Positions 48,939 to 58,834 of a stretch of 64,000 nucleotides of DNA are shown here, piece after piece. Origin of the DNA: Eubacteriales bacterium (GTDB lineage: Bacteria > Bacillota > Clostridia > Oscillospirales > CAG-272). A model generated the notes under the pieces. That model did no database searches and was not told where the DNA came from. It was given only the letters and a program-made list of their open reading frames with translations. The position numbers were made by a program, and so were the translations under genes. Location of the stretch: the NCBI GenBank assembly GCA_045598385.1, contig JAZLLY010000016.1, positions 153 to 64,152 on the forward strand, in the 5' to 3' direction. Position 1 is the first letter of the stretch; every line of letters starts with the position of its first letter.

Positions 48939-49090
48939 GGGTGTGTCCTTTCTTTTTCCTGCTGTTACTATTTTATGCGCTGTATTTTTTATTGCGAAAT
49001 ATGGAAAAATGCTGGACTTTTTGCCGTCATTGTGTTATACTACGTTCGTATTATTCTGTTTATCCGAAGGATAAAAACAAGGGGATTTTC

Positions 49091-50767
49091 ATGGAAGAGA
49101 TCAAAACCAATTTTATTCATGACATTATTGATGCGGATCTTGCGGCAGATCCCGAGCTGCGCGTTCATACCCGTTTTCCGCCTGAGCCAAACGGTTATCT
49201 TCATATCGGTTCCGCTAAAGCGATCTGGATCAATGCCATGACCGCAAAAAAATACGGCGGTACTTTTAATCTCCGTTATGACGATACGAATCCGTCGAAA
49301 GAAGACAATGAATACGTCGAGAGTATCTATGAGGATCTCAAATGGCTCGGATGCGAACCCGACGGCGGTATATTTTACGGCTCCGATTATTTTGATAAGT
49401 GCTATGAATATGCCGTAAAACTCATCAAAGAGGGAAAGGCATACGTCTGCGATCTTTCCGCCGATGAAATGAGGGAATACCGCGGAACTCTGACCGAACC
49501 CGGTAAAAACAGTCCTTACCGTGACAGATCCGTCGAAGAAAACCTGGATCTGTTTGAAAGAATGAAAAACGGCGAGTTTCCCGACGGCGCGAAAACCCTG
49601 CGTGCCAAGATCGACATGGCGGCTCCCAATATCAATATGAGAGACCCGGCAATTTATCGGATCGTTCATACTTCTCATCACAGACAAGGGGATAAATGGT
49701 GCATTTATCCGCTTTACGATTATGCGCATCCGATCCAGGACGCAACGGAAGGAATTACTCATTCGCTTTGCTCGATTGAGTTTGAAAACCATCGTCCTCT
49801 CTATGAATGGGTCGTCAATAACGTCTTTTCCACCGGAGACGATAAGCCTCTGCCGTTCCCGAAACAAAGAGAGTTTGCCCGTCTCAACGTCACTCACACC
49901 GTCATGAGTAAGCGTTATTTGCGCCAGCTCGTGGAAACCGGACTTGTTGACGGATGGGACGATCCGAGAATGCCTACGCTTTGCGGTCTCAGACGCCGCG
50001 GTTATACCCCCGATTCTATTTTTGATTTTGTTTCCCGTGCCGGAATCGCAAAGGCATATTCCGTCGTCGATTATGAGCTTCTCGAACATTGTATTCGCGA
50101 AGAACTCGATGATAAAGCCGAGAGACGTATCGCCGTATTACATCCGATCAAAGTCGTGGTGACCAATTATCCCGAAGATAAGACGGAGTATTTTGAAGTC
50201 GCGAACAATCCGCATCATCCGGAATCCGGGACGAGAAAACTGCCTTTTACGAAAGAGCTTTACATTGATGCCGACGATTTTGCCGAAGTTCCTCCTCCTA
50301 AGTTTTTCAGGATGAAACCCGACGGAGAAGTCCGCCTCATGGGTGCTTATATCGTCAAATGCGAAGAAATCGTCAAAAACGCCGACGATTCGATCGCAGA
50401 GATCCGTGTGAGCGCCGATCTGGAAACCGGTAACGGCGTTCCCGCCGACGGCAGAAAGATCAAAGGTACTATTCACTGGTTGTCCGCCGACTATGCCAAG
50501 ACCGCAAAAGTGAAACTCTTCGATTTTCTCTTTAATATCGAAAACGTCGCCGAGATCCCGGAGGGTAAAACGTTCGACGATTATCTTAACGTCAATTCCG
50601 TCACCGTGATTGATGACGCGAAGATCGAACCCTGCCTTGAGGACACGAAGCCGTACGACAGATTTCAGTTTGTGCGCACAGGTTATTTCGTTAAGGATTC
50701 CAAATATCCCGACACCTTTAACCGTATTGTCGGCTTAAAAGACAGTTTTCCGAAACAGAACGCGTGA
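49091..50767 (+). CDS. glnS: Glutamine--tRNA ligase
   Basis: TRFPPEPNGYLHIGSAK, LRYDDTNP, MSKR, FQFVRTGYF; start ATG 49091. Confidence 0.96.
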   Translation: MEEIKTNFIHDIIDADLAADPELRVHTRFPPEPNGYLHIGSAKAIWINAMTAKKYGGTFNLRYDDTNPSKEDNEYVESIYEDLKWLGCEPDGGIFYGSDYFDKCYEYAVKLIKEGKAYVCDLSADEMREYRGTLTEPGKNSPYRDRSVEENLDLFERMKNGEFPDGAKTLRAKIDMAAPNINMRDPAIYRIVHTSHHRQGDKWCIYPLYDYAHPIQDATEGITHSLCSIEFENHRPLYEWVVNNVFSTGDDKPLPFPKQREFARLNVTHTVMSKRYLRQLVETGLVDGWDDPRMPTLCGLRRRGYTPDSIFDFVSRAGIAKAYSVVDYELLEHCIREELDDKAERRIAVLHPIKVVVTNYPEDKTEYFEVANNPHHPESGTRKLPFTKELYIDADDFAEVPPPKFFRMKPDGEVRLMGAYIVKCEEIVKNADDSIAEIRVSADLETGNGVPADGRKIKGTIHWLSADYAKTAKVKLFDFLFNIENVAEIPEGKTFDDYLNVNSVTVIDDAKIEPCLEDTKPYDRFQFVRTGYFVKDSKYPDTFNRIVGLKDSFPKQNA

Positions 50768-51504
50768 TGGACCTTTCTTCGTTTTGGAATCAAATCATAT
50801 TTTACGTCACGGTTCCGAGATGCCCCTGCTGTCACACGGCTCTGTCTCTTTCTGACGATGCTCTTTGTCCTTCCTGCAAGATCGTTTACGAAAATGCGAA
50901 AAACAGGGATTGCGGCGTGTGTTTCAAACCGATTTCCCGTTGTCAATGCCCGCCGCCTTATCTGAAATCGCATTGTGTATCAAAACTATTCAAAGTTACG
51001 AGGTATTTCAGAAAGCAGGATATTCATCCTGCGAACGCCCTGATTTATTCACTTAAACAGGATCACAGTAAAAGAACCGTGCGTTTTATGGCACGAGAAA
51101 TGAAAGATTCGCTTTTATCCGTGACAGAGTATGAAGGACTTATCGTGACAAACGTGCCGAGAAGAAAAGAAGGTATCAAGAAATACGGGTTCGATCACGC
51201 TGCCGCTCTTGCGCGATCCGTCGCTAAACTGCTGAACGTTCCGTATATACCGACGCTCGTTTCACACGCGAAAACGGCGCAAAAAGGTTTAAGGGGCAGG
51301 GACAGAAAGATAAATGCCCAATTCTCCGCCAAAAGATCGTTATCTCTTAAAGGGAAGACCGTTCTACTGATTGATGACGTGGTAACGACAGGTTCTTCGA
51401 TGGGAAACGCCGCCATGGTCCTGAAAGGCGAGGGCGCGAAAACCATCCTCGGTGCCTGTTTCGCGATCGCGTATCACGATCCTTACGTATCTTTTGATTC
51501 ATAA
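50767..51504 (+). CDS. comFC: ComF-family protein (Zn ribbon + PRTase)
   Basis: CxxC pairs, YGFDHA, VLLIDDVVTTGSS. Confidence 0.85.
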   Translation: MDLSSFWNQIIFYVTVPRCPCCHTALSLSDDALCPSCKIVYENAKNRDCGVCFKPISRCQCPPPYLKSHCVSKLFKVTRYFRKQDIHPANALIYSLKQDHSKRTVRFMAREMKDSLLSVTEYEGLIVTNVPRRKEGIKKYGFDHAAALARSVAKLLNVPYIPTLVSHAKTAQKGLRGRDRKINAQFSAKRSLSLKGKTVLLIDDVVTTGSSMGNAAMVLKGEGAKTILGACFAIAYHDPYVSFDS

Positions 51505-51616
51505 TTTCAATAACAAAAAACGGTATATCCGTTCGGACAAACAAGATTCCGAAAAGATATACCGTTTTTTCTTTGCATATTTCCGTTTTTTCTCATGCAG
51601 GCATACGATAGGAAAG

Positions 51617-51646
51617 AAAAAAGAGTGCCCGATGTGGACACTCTTT
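51617..51646 (-). terminator. Terminator after rplA
   Basis: Minus strand AAAGAGTGTCC-ACATCG-GGCACTCTTTTTT. Confidence 0.7.
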
Positions 51647-51653
51647 GTTGAAA

Positions 51654-52349
51654 TTACGCGAGCTTCGCGTAGTTGATCTTGATACCGGGGCCCATCGTCG
51701 AAGCGACAACGCAGCTCTTGATATACTGACCTTTTGCAGCAGCGGGTTTTGCCTTGATGATGGCACCCATAAGGGTGAGAAGGTTTTCCGCAAGTTTTTC
51801 GGGACCGAAAGAAACTTTACCGATAGGGCAGTGAATGATATTTGTTTTATCAAGACGGTATTCGATCTTACCGGCTTTCGCTTCGGTAACGGCTTTTGCG
51901 ACATCGGGAGTGACGGTTCCGGCTTTCGGGTTAGGCATCAAACCTTTGGGACCGAGGACTTTACCGAGACGACCGATAACACCCATCATGTCGGGCGTAG
52001 CGATGACGACGTCGAAATCAAACCAGTTTTCCGTGGTGATCTTTTGAACCATATCTTCGGCACCGACATAATCAGCACCTGCGGCAAGAGCGGCTTCTGC
52101 TTTATCGCCGCGAGCGAAGACAAGAGTTTTGACGGTTTTACCGGTACCGTTCGGGAGGACGATAGCGCCTCTGACCTGCTGATCGGCGTGACGGGAATCA
52201 ACACCGAGACGAACGTGGATTTCGACGGTTTCGTCGAACTTTGCTTTACCGGTCTGGCAAACGAGTGCAACGGCATCGTTTACGTCGTAAAGTTTTGCTT
52301 TTTCAATAAGAGCAGCGCTCTCTTTATATTTTTTTCCCATTTTAGCCAT
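51654..52349 (-). CDS. rplA: 50S ribosomal protein L1
   Basis: [31 protein letters not shown]. Confidence 0.98.
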   Translation of the reverse strand: MAKMGKKYKESAALIEKAKLYDVNDAVALVCQTGKAKFDETVEIHVRLGVDSRHADQQVRGAIVLPNGTGKTVKTLVFARGDKAEAALAAGADYVGAEDMVQKITTENWFDFDVVIATPDMMGVIGRLGKVLGPKGLMPNPKAGTVTPDVAKAVTEAKAGKIEYRLDKTNIIHCPIGKVSFGPEKLAENLLTLMGAIIKAKPAAAKGQYIKSCVVASTMGPGIKINYAKLA

Positions 52350-52362
52350 TGTTTCGTCCTCC

Positions 52363-52788
52363 TTACTCTTCCACGGTGATACCCATGCTGCGGGCAGTTC
52401 CGGCGACCATGCTCATAGCGGCTTCGATGGAAGCGGCGTTAAGGTCGGGCATTTTGATCTCCGCGATTTTGCGGACCTGATCTTTGGTCAGCTTTGCGAC
52501 TTTCGTCTTGTTGGGCTGAGCGGAAGCGGTCTCGATACCGCATTCTTTCTTGATCAGAACGGCAGCGGGGGGCGTTTTGGTAATGAAGGTGAAAGAACGG
52601 TCAGCGTAAACCGTGATGATGACGGGGATGATGAGACCGATGTCATTTTTCGTTCTTTCATTGAATTCTTTCGTGAAGTTGGGGATGGAAACACCGTACT
52701 GACCCAGTGCGGGGCCGACGGGGGGCTGGGGCGTAGCTTTTCCGGCGGGAAGCTGGAGTTTGATATAACCGGTGATTTTCTTTGCCAT
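52363..52788 (-). CDS. rplK: 50S ribosomal protein L11
   Basis: [33 protein letters not shown]. Confidence 0.98.
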   Translation of the reverse strand: MAKKITGYIKLQLPAGKATPQPPVGPALGQYGVSIPNFTKEFNERTKNDIGLIIPVIITVYADRSFTFITKTPPAAVLIKKECGIETASAQPNKTKVAKLTKDQVRKIAEIKMPDLNAASIEAAMSMVAGTARSMGITVEE

Positions 52789-52804
52789 GATATTTACCTC
52801 CGAA

Positions 52805-52848
52805 TGTGGTTATAAATCGGGAGATTCAAAAATTTTCTCCCTCCCACA
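52805..52848 (-). promoter_or_regulatory. L1-binding autoregulatory leader upstream of rplK
   Basis: GTGGGAGGGAGA...TCTCCCG...ACCAC just before the rplK RBS; resembles the Firmicute L1 operator. Confidence 0.65.
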
Positions 52849-52878
52849 AGATGCTTCAATGGAAGCAATAAGAGAAAG

Positions 52879-53421
52879 TTATTTTGCCAAGCGAACGTCT
52901 TTCGTCTCAACCATGATCGGAATATCACGCCGCTCTGTGGAAGCCAGAATAACCAACTGTTTTTTGTCTTCGCTGATTTCCTGAAGAATACCGGAGTATC
53001 CCTCGAAAATACCGGAGAAGACTTCCACTTTGTCTCCGACTTTCAGTCCGATGTCGTCGGAATGGATCTCAACATTGAACATTTCGACTTCTTCTTCGGA
53101 AAGGGGAGTGGGTTCAGACCCGGGACCAACAAAACCGGTAACACCGGTAATGTTTCTGACGACGTGCCAGGTGGCATCCGTCATCGTCATTTTGATCAGC
53201 ACGTAGCTCGGGAAGATTTTGGTTTCAACTTCTTTCGTCTCTCCCTTGGCATTCGTGGTGGTCGTCATTTCGACCGGGATCTTAATATCGAAAATCATGT
53301 CCTGCAGACTACGGTTTTCGACGATTTTTTCGAGACTGTCTTTGACTTTGTTTTCGTAACCTGTATAAGTGTGAGCAACATACCATCTGGGACCGAGGTT
53401 TTTTTCATCAATATTACTCAT
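52879..53421 (-). CDS. nusG: Transcription antitermination factor NusG
   Basis: WYVAHTYTGYENKVK, FPSYVL, VRNITGVTGFVG, KOW GIFEGYSG. Confidence 0.95.
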   Translation of the reverse strand: MSNIDEKNLGPRWYVAHTYTGYENKVKDSLEKIVENRSLQDMIFDIKIPVEMTTTTNAKGETKEVETKIFPSYVLIKMTMTDATWHVVRNITGVTGFVGPGSEPTPLSEEEVEMFNVEIHSDDIGLKVGDKVEVFSGIFEGYSGILQEISEDKKQLVILASTERRDIPIMVETKDVRLAK

Positions 53422-53432
53422 ACGTTATTTCC

Positions 53433-53774
53433 TTAGACTCTGATCCAACCCTTAAGAGTTGTGATGATGAATGCAAAGAAAGAATCCACAAGCGCAAGGC
53501 CTGCGGCGACGACAAGAACGGCAACAACGACGAGAACGGTACTCTTTTTGAGTTCATCTTTCGGCGTCCAATGAACTTTTTTCATTTCATTGACGGTATC
53601 GCGGAAAAACTTTTTGATCTTTCCCCAGAACTTCTTCAGTTTCTCACCGAAAGACGTTTTCTTGGGGGATTTAGCTTTTTTCGCGGATTTGCTCTGATCT
53701 TCAGTCTCGGCAGGCGCAGTCGTCTCGACGGCTTCTTTTGACTCGTTTTCCAAATTTTTCAATTCTTCAGCCAT
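53433..53774 (-). CDS. secE: Preprotein translocase subunit SecE
   Basis: FFRDTVNEMKKVHWT plus TM; between rpmG and nusG. Confidence 0.93.
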   Translation of the reverse strand: MAEELKNLENESKEAVETTAPAETEDQSKSAKKAKSPKKTSFGEKLKKFWGKIKKFFRDTVNEMKKVHWTPKDELKKSTVLVVVAVLVVAAGLALVDSFFAFIITTLKGWIRV

Positions 53775-53790
53775 TTTCTGTCCCTTCCGA

Positions 53791-53940
53791 TTACTTCGTT
53801 TCTTTGTGCAAAGTGTGTTTGCGGCAGAAACGGCAATACTTGTTCATTTCAAGTCTGTCGGGATCGTTCTTTTTGTTTTTTTCCGTGTCATAATTTCTTT
53901 GCTTACATTCCGAGCAAGCGAGTGTAATTTTGACTCTCAT
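53791..53940 (-). CDS. rpmG: 50S ribosomal protein L33 (Zn-binding type)
   Basis: [17 protein letters not shown]...[16 protein letters not shown]; AGGAGG RBS. Confidence 0.97.
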   Translation of the reverse strand: MRVKITLACSECKQRNYDTEKNKKNDPDRLEMNKYCRFCRKHTLHKETK

Positions 53941-54054
53941 ATCGGCACCTCCTGATAGATTTCGGGATAATATCCCACATACCTCCCTCGAAAAAGCCAA
54001 GGCGCGCCTGTCCCAAAAGCGCACACAAAAAAAGGCCTCCGTCGAGGTAACGTT

Positions 54055-54084
54055 ATTATAGCACAGGAAATCACACAATGTCAA
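54055..54084 (-). promoter_or_regulatory. SigA promoter of rpmG operon
   Basis: TTGACA-18-TATAAT with TG extension. Confidence 0.7.
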
Positions 54085-54160
54085 TACTTTTTATAAAATA
54101 ATTTATAAATATTGAAATATGGATTATTTTGTGCTACAATTTCGGCGAAAGGATGATACG

Positions 54161-55117
54161 ATGAAGATTACGGTACTTGACAGAAAATCCATGGGAAACG
54201 ACCTTGATTTCTCGGTTCTTGCCGAATGGCGACCCGACGTCTCACTTACGGTTTATGACGAAACGAAAAGAGAAGACCTTTTTGAAAGAGCAATAAACGC
54301 AGACGTACTTGTCCTCAATAAAATCAAAATGACGGAAGACGTGCTCCGCTTTGCCGAGAATCTGAAACTCATTTGTGTTTTCGCGACGGGATACGATAAT
54401 ATTGACCTTGCCGCCGCCAAAGAGATGGGGATAGCCGTCTGTAATGTTCCCGCATATTCGACGGAAAGCGTGCTGCTGCTCACAGTCAGCACGGCGTTGT
54501 CGCTGGCGGCAAGGATCCCGACGTTCTCCGATTACGTGAAAACCGGAGATTATACCCGCAGCGGAGTACCCAATTATCTGACACCGGTTTTTCATGAATG
54601 CCGTGGTCTGACCTGGGGCATTGTCGGTTGCGGAAATATCGGTTCACGCGTCGCGGAAGTTGCCGCATCGCTCGGTATGAAGGTCATCGTGTATCAGAGA
54701 CATCCGTCCGCTTTCCGTAACGTCGATCTTGACACGTTATGCCGCGAATCGGATATCATATCTCTTCATTGCCCGCTGACGGATTCGACACGTTCTCTGA
54801 TCGGAGAACGGGAATTGTCCCTGATGAAGAAAACCTGTGTTCTCGTCAATGAGGCACGAGGCGCCGTACTTGATGAAGCGGCAGTTGGGAAAGCGGTGAT
54901 AAACGGTTCCATTGGTGCTTTCGGCTCCGACGTTTACGGCGAAGAACCGTTTCCAAAAACGCATCCGTATAACGCGATCATGGGCTTACCGAACGTTATT
55001 CTCACGCCTCACGTCGCCTGGGCGGCGTATGAAGCAAGGGTCCGCTGTCTTAGAATCATCCGAGATAATATAATATCTTGGTCGAACGGCGAAATTAAAA
55101 ATAGAGTAGATATTTAA
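54161..55117 (+). CDS. D-2-hydroxyacid dehydrogenase
   Basis: ATGYDNID, GIVGCGNIG, SLHCPLT, NEARG, LTPHVAW. Confidence 0.9.
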   Translation: MKITVLDRKSMGNDLDFSVLAEWRPDVSLTVYDETKREDLFERAINADVLVLNKIKMTEDVLRFAENLKLICVFATGYDNIDLAAAKEMGIAVCNVPAYSTESVLLLTVSTALSLAARIPTFSDYVKTGDYTRSGVPNYLTPVFHECRGLTWGIVGCGNIGSRVAEVAASLGMKVIVYQRHPSAFRNVDLDTLCRESDIISLHCPLTDSTRSLIGERELSLMKKTCVLVNEARGAVLDEAAVGKAVINGSIGAFGSDVYGEEPFPKTHPYNAIMGLPNVILTPHVAWAAYEARVRCLRIIRDNIISWSNGEIKNRVDI

Positions 55118-55123
55118 TGGCAG

Positions 55124-55157
55124 AAAACAGCCGCACAAAATCTGTGCGGCTGTTTTT
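55124..55157. terminator. Bidirectional terminator
   Basis: AAAACAGCCGCACA-AAATC-TGTGCGGCTGTTTTT. Confidence 0.85.
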
Positions 55158-56333
55158 CTATCCTCTGTCAACGGTGATGACGCAATAGTGAGCGGGGCGT
55201 TTTTCCAGTACGGCATTCGCGATTTTTTCTTTGATGGAGTCCGGCGTTTCTTTACTTTCAAAAGGCAGGACAATATCAAAGATGAGGTTGGTATGCGTGG
55301 CACCTATGACGGTACGGAAATCGTGTACTGTGATGGTAGGATCCAGCGTTTCAACGATCATACTGATAAACCGACGAAGTTCGTTGACGCGTTCATCGTT
55401 GGTCACGATCGGATCCATATGGATCGTGCAGGGATAGCCGAGTTCATCGTGCAGATTCTTTTCGATCGTGTCGATCACGTCATGCAATTCAAAAATATCC
55501 TTGCTCCCGTCCACTTCAACATGAAGAGAAATGATCAGATTCTTCGGTCCGTAATTATGAACCATAAGATCATGGATGCCGAGCGCTTCCGGATAGCGTC
55601 TGACGATATCGTGGATTTTTTCGACGGTATCGGCGACCGGGGCTTCTCCGAGAAGCGAATTTTTCGTTTCGTTCAGGATCTTGACACCGGCGATCAGAAT
55701 CAGAACCGATACGAGAATACCCATTGCCGCATCTATAAAGTAGAGGTCACTGTGGAAATAAATGATAACGGAAGAAATGAGAACGGCGCCCGTCGAGATG
55801 CAGTCGGAAAGAGAATCGACCGACGCGGCTTTGACGACGACGGAATCAATCTTTTTTGCAATCTTTTTATAAAAAACGGAAAGCCAGAGCTTCGCGAGAA
55901 TGGATGTTCCGAGAAGAATGATGGTAACGACGTTTACGTTTGTCTCTTTCGGTTCATCTAACCCTATTAATATTCTTATCGAAGTAGATAAGAGTTCCAC
56001 ACCGACGATGACGATCAGAAACGATACGATCATGGAGGCGATATATTCGATACGTGAATGACCGAAAGGATGATCCCGGTCCGCAGGTTTCGAGGAAATC
56101 TTGAAACTGACGAGAGATACGATCGAACTGCCGGCATCCGAAAGGTTATTCAGGGCATCGGCGGTGATGGCGACGGAGCCGGACAGAATACCGAGGATCA
56201 ATTTTACAAGGGATAGCAGCAGATTTACGGATATCCCGACGAAACCGGAGAGCGCGCCGTATTTTTCGCGGATTTCCGGCTTTTCCGTATGTTCACGGTC
56301 TTTGATAAACAGTTTACATAATAAATCAGTCAT
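55158..56333 (-). CDS. Cation diffusion facilitator family transporter
   Basis: ADALNNLSD, DHPFGHSRIEY, DSLSD, HDLMVHNYG. Confidence 0.9.
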   Translation of the reverse strand: MTDLLCKLFIKDREHTEKPEIREKYGALSGFVGISVNLLLSLVKLILGILSGSVAITADALNNLSDAGSSIVSLVSFKISSKPADRDHPFGHSRIEYIASMIVSFLIVIVGVELLSTSIRILIGLDEPKETNVNVVTIILLGTSILAKLWLSVFYKKIAKKIDSVVVKAASVDSLSDCISTGAVLISSVIIYFHSDLYFIDAAMGILVSVLILIAGVKILNETKNSLLGEAPVADTVEKIHDIVRRYPEALGIHDLMVHNYGPKNLIISLHVEVDGSKDIFELHDVIDTIEKNLHDELGYPCTIHMDPIVTNDERVNELRRFISMIVETLDPTITVHDFRTVIGATHTNLIFDIVLPFESKETPDSIKEKIANAVLEKRPAHYCVITVDRG

Positions 56334-56400
56334 GACGACCTCCGATGGGGTTTACTTTTTCATTATTATATGATAGAATATCGGTGAAAGGATATTGACT

Positions 56401-56709
56401 ATGGACTTGATTACATTTTATCCGGAATCGACAGGTGCCGAAGCTCTGCGCACCGAAATACTCTATGCCGTCGCGAGCGCAAAAACGAAAGGGAATGAAC
56501 TCATCCTGCTTTCACCGAAAAACGCTTTGCCGAAAACCGTCGTTTCCGAACTCAAAAAAATCAAAAAATCCGGGAAAATCGATCTTTTCGTTTCTTTTTC
56601 CGATTTTGAGGAAGAATCGACGGAATCCCGATATATTCTGAACAAATATCCCGGGCTCTCTTTGCCTGAGCAACGGGATAACCGGTTATTCCTTATCAAA
56701 GTTCAATAA
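56401..56709 (+). CDS. Hypothetical protein, degenerate Smr-like
   Basis: AAAGGA RBS; own promoter TTTACT-17-TAGAAT; KKIKKSGKIDLFVSFSDF...RYILNKYP resembles clostridial stand-alone Smr proteins. Confidence 0.6.
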   Translation: MDLITFYPESTGAEALRTEILYAVASAKTKGNELILLSPKNALPKTVVSELKKIKKSGKIDLFVSFSDFEEESTESRYILNKYPGLSLPEQRDNRLFLIKVQ

Positions 56710-56712
56710 GAT

Positions 56713-56746
56713 AAAAACCGTTTTGCCGATCGGCAAAACGGTTTTT
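56713..56746. terminator. Perfect 34-bp palindrome, bidirectional terminator
   Basis: AAAAACCGTTTTGCCGATCGGCAAAACGGTTTTT. Confidence 0.85.
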
Positions 56747-56764
56747 CATCGGGAGGGAATCCTA

Positions 56765-56989
56765 TTACTGAGCGGACTCCAGATAATTCACAATATCACC
56801 GACCGTGTGAAAATTATGTAACTCTTCATCATCGATCACAATGTTAAACTTTTCTTCGCAAAGATATACAAGATCGGCAAGTTCAAGGGAATTTATACTG
56901 AGGTCACGGGTAAGATCAGCTTCCATCGTTACGTCTTCGGGCGAAACGCGAAGTTCATCAACAAGAAACGTCTTCAGTTCTTCAAACAT
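56765..56989 (-). CDS. acpP: Acyl carrier protein
   Basis: 74 aa acidic; DLSINSLELADL, EEKFNIVIDDEE, TVGDIVNY; GAGAGGA RBS. Confidence 0.88.
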   Translation of the reverse strand: MFEELKTFLVDELRVSPEDVTMEADLTRDLSINSLELADLVYLCEEKFNIVIDDEELHNFHTVGDIVNYLESAQ

Positions 56990-57154
56990 GAATTGTCCTC
57001 CTCTTAGAGAATTTTGAGTTTACTAAACTATCATACACTTATTTTAATTTTTTGTCAATAGTTTTTTAAAAAATCTCTTAAACTATCTTCATTCAAAATC
57101 CGTTGACTTTTCATAACGTATATGATAGTATATATGTAGAAAGGAGGATAAATC

Positions 57155-57586
57155 ATGCAATATTTATTTCTTGTTTGGATTGCCGTTATGGTTCTGGCGA
57201 TCGTCGCAGAGCTGTTAACGACGGAAATGATTGCGCTCTGGTTTATTCCGGCTGCGCTCGTCAGTCTTATCTTATCCGTATGCGGAGTCAAAGCGTTTTG
57301 GATTCAATTGCTCGTTTTCGCCTGTGTTTCCGCGGCGGGAGTTTTTCTCGCACGTCACTTTTTCACGAACAGGCGGGAAGACTGCCGTACGAATATCGAC
57401 GCTATCATCGGGGAAAAATGCATTGTAACCGAAAAAATCGACAATTACGCCGGTTCCGGACTTGTCAAAGTAAAAGGGCAGATCTGGTCTGCGAGGAGTA
57501 TTTCCGATGAAGAAACGTTCGCCCCCGGTGAGATGCTCGTGGTCATCGCCATTGAAGGTGTCAAACTGATTTGTAAAAAATTGTAA
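57155..57586 (+). CDS. NfeD-family protein
   Basis: TM N-terminus; GLVKVKGQIWSARS, IEGVKLI OB-fold. Confidence 0.88.
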   Translation: MQYLFLVWIAVMVLAIVAELLTTEMIALWFIPAALVSLILSVCGVKAFWIQLLVFACVSAAGVFLARHFFTNRREDCRTNIDAIIGEKCIVTEKIDNYAGSGLVKVKGQIWSARSISDEETFAPGEMLVVIAIEGVKLICKKL

Positions 57587-57598
57587 AGGAGAAATATT

Positions 57599-58555
57599 AT
57601 GCTTTCCGTTTTTCTTATGGGTACCGGCGGTGTTGTTGCTCTTATCGCCATCATCTTTATCATTATCGGTGTCGTGGTTGCCAATTTCAGCATTGTCCCG
57701 CAGGCGACGGCACAGGTCATTGAACGCCTTGGCAGTTACTACACGACCTGGCACACCGGCTTTCACGTTAAAGTCCCGTTCATCGACCGTATCGCCAAGA
57801 AACTCAATCTGATGGAACAGGTCGCGGATTTTCCGCCCCAGCCCGTTATTACCCGTGATAACGTCCGTATGCAGATTGATACCGTCATTTTCTTTCAGAT
57901 CACCGATTGTAAGCTTTATACCTACGGCGTCACGAATCCTCTTTTGGCGATCGAAAATCTGACGTCCACGACGCTTCGTAACATCATCGGCGAGCTTGAC
58001 CTTGACCAGACGCTTACTTCGCGTGATATCATCAATACCAAAATGCGTTCCATTCTTGATGAGGCGACCGATCCCTGGGGTATCAAGGTGACCCGTGTCG
58101 AACTCAAAAATATCATTCCGCCCAAAGAGATCCAGGATGCCATGGAAAAGCAGATGAAAGCGGAGCGCGAGCGCCGTGAGATCATGCTGAAAGCCGAAGG
58201 CGAAAAGAATTCCACAATCCTGATCGCCGAAGGTAAAAAACAGCAGCAGATTCTGAACGCGGAAGCAGAGAAAGAAGCTGCCATTCTTCGTGCCGAAGCC
58301 GTAAAAGAAGCCAAGATGCGTGAAGCAGAGGGCGAAGCGGAGGCCATTCTCCGTGTCCAGGAGGCGACGGCAAAAGGTCTTTCCATGCTGAACAAAGCCG
58401 CTCCTTCCGATGAAGTGTTGAAACTGCGCGCTCTCGATGCTTTCTCGAAAGCCGCCGACGGACAGGCGACGAAAATCATCATTCCCTCAGAAATTCAAGG
58501 ACTCGCCGGACTTGCGGCAGGAATCGTTGAATCTTCCAAACCCGCAAAGAAATAA
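57599..58555 (+). CDS. SPFH/stomatin (QmcA-like) protein
   Basis: VIERLG, PPQPVITRDNV, TLRNIIG, AMEKQMKAERERR. Confidence 0.92.
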   Translation: MLSVFLMGTGGVVALIAIIFIIIGVVVANFSIVPQATAQVIERLGSYYTTWHTGFHVKVPFIDRIAKKLNLMEQVADFPPQPVITRDNVRMQIDTVIFFQITDCKLYTYGVTNPLLAIENLTSTTLRNIIGELDLDQTLTSRDIINTKMRSILDEATDPWGIKVTRVELKNIIPPKEIQDAMEKQMKAERERREIMLKAEGEKNSTILIAEGKKQQQILNAEAEKEAAILRAEAVKEAKMREAEGEAEAILRVQEATAKGLSMLNKAAPSDEVLKLRALDAFSKAADGQATKIIIPSEIQGLAGLAAGIVESSKPAKK

Positions 58556-58618
58556 TTTTCATATACGAACGGTCGGCGGTGCCAGAGATGACACCGCCGA
58601 AAATATTTGGAAAATCCC

Positions 58619-58647
58619 TTGACATTGAAGAAAAGTTCTGTTATAAT
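58619..58647 (+). promoter_or_regulatory. SigA promoter of tRNA pair
   Basis: TTGACA-17-TATAAT with TG extension. Confidence 0.85.
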
Positions 58648-58668
58648 ACAGCATGTTGCTAAAGGAAT

Positions 58669-58745
58669 GCGCCTTTAGCTCAGCTGGATAGAGCAACTGC
58701 CTTCTAAGCAGTAGGTCGGGGGTTCGAGTCCCTCAAGGCGCGCCA
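58669..58745 (+). tRNA. tRNA-Arg(TCT)
   Basis: GCGCCTT acceptor, TAGCTCAGCTGGATAGAGC, ACTGC-CTTCTAA-GCAGT, GGTTCGAGTCC, CCA. Confidence 0.97.
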
Positions 58746-58754
58746 TTTCAATAT

Positions 58755-58832
58755 GGTGGGATTAGCTCAGTTGGTTAGAGCGCCAGGTTGTGGCCCTGGA
58801 GGTCATGGGTTCAACTCCCATATCTCACCCCA
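58755..58832 (+). tRNA. tRNA-His(GTG), with encoded G-1
   Basis: CCAGG-TTGTGGC-CCTGG anticodon arm, GGTTCAACTCC, C discriminator, CCA. Confidence 0.96.
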
Positions 58833-58834
58833 TT

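Noticed and set aside
48923-49090. N-terminal extension of GlnRS or a T-box leader
   Set aside because: The extension is divergent-promoter DNA; no T-box consensus (AAnnnGGGTGGnACC) upstream of glnS or gltX.
51505-51653. rplJ-rplL missing after rplA; long imperfect hairpin near 51515-51570
   Set aside because: An ordinary rearrangement; the hairpin is best explained as the comF terminator.
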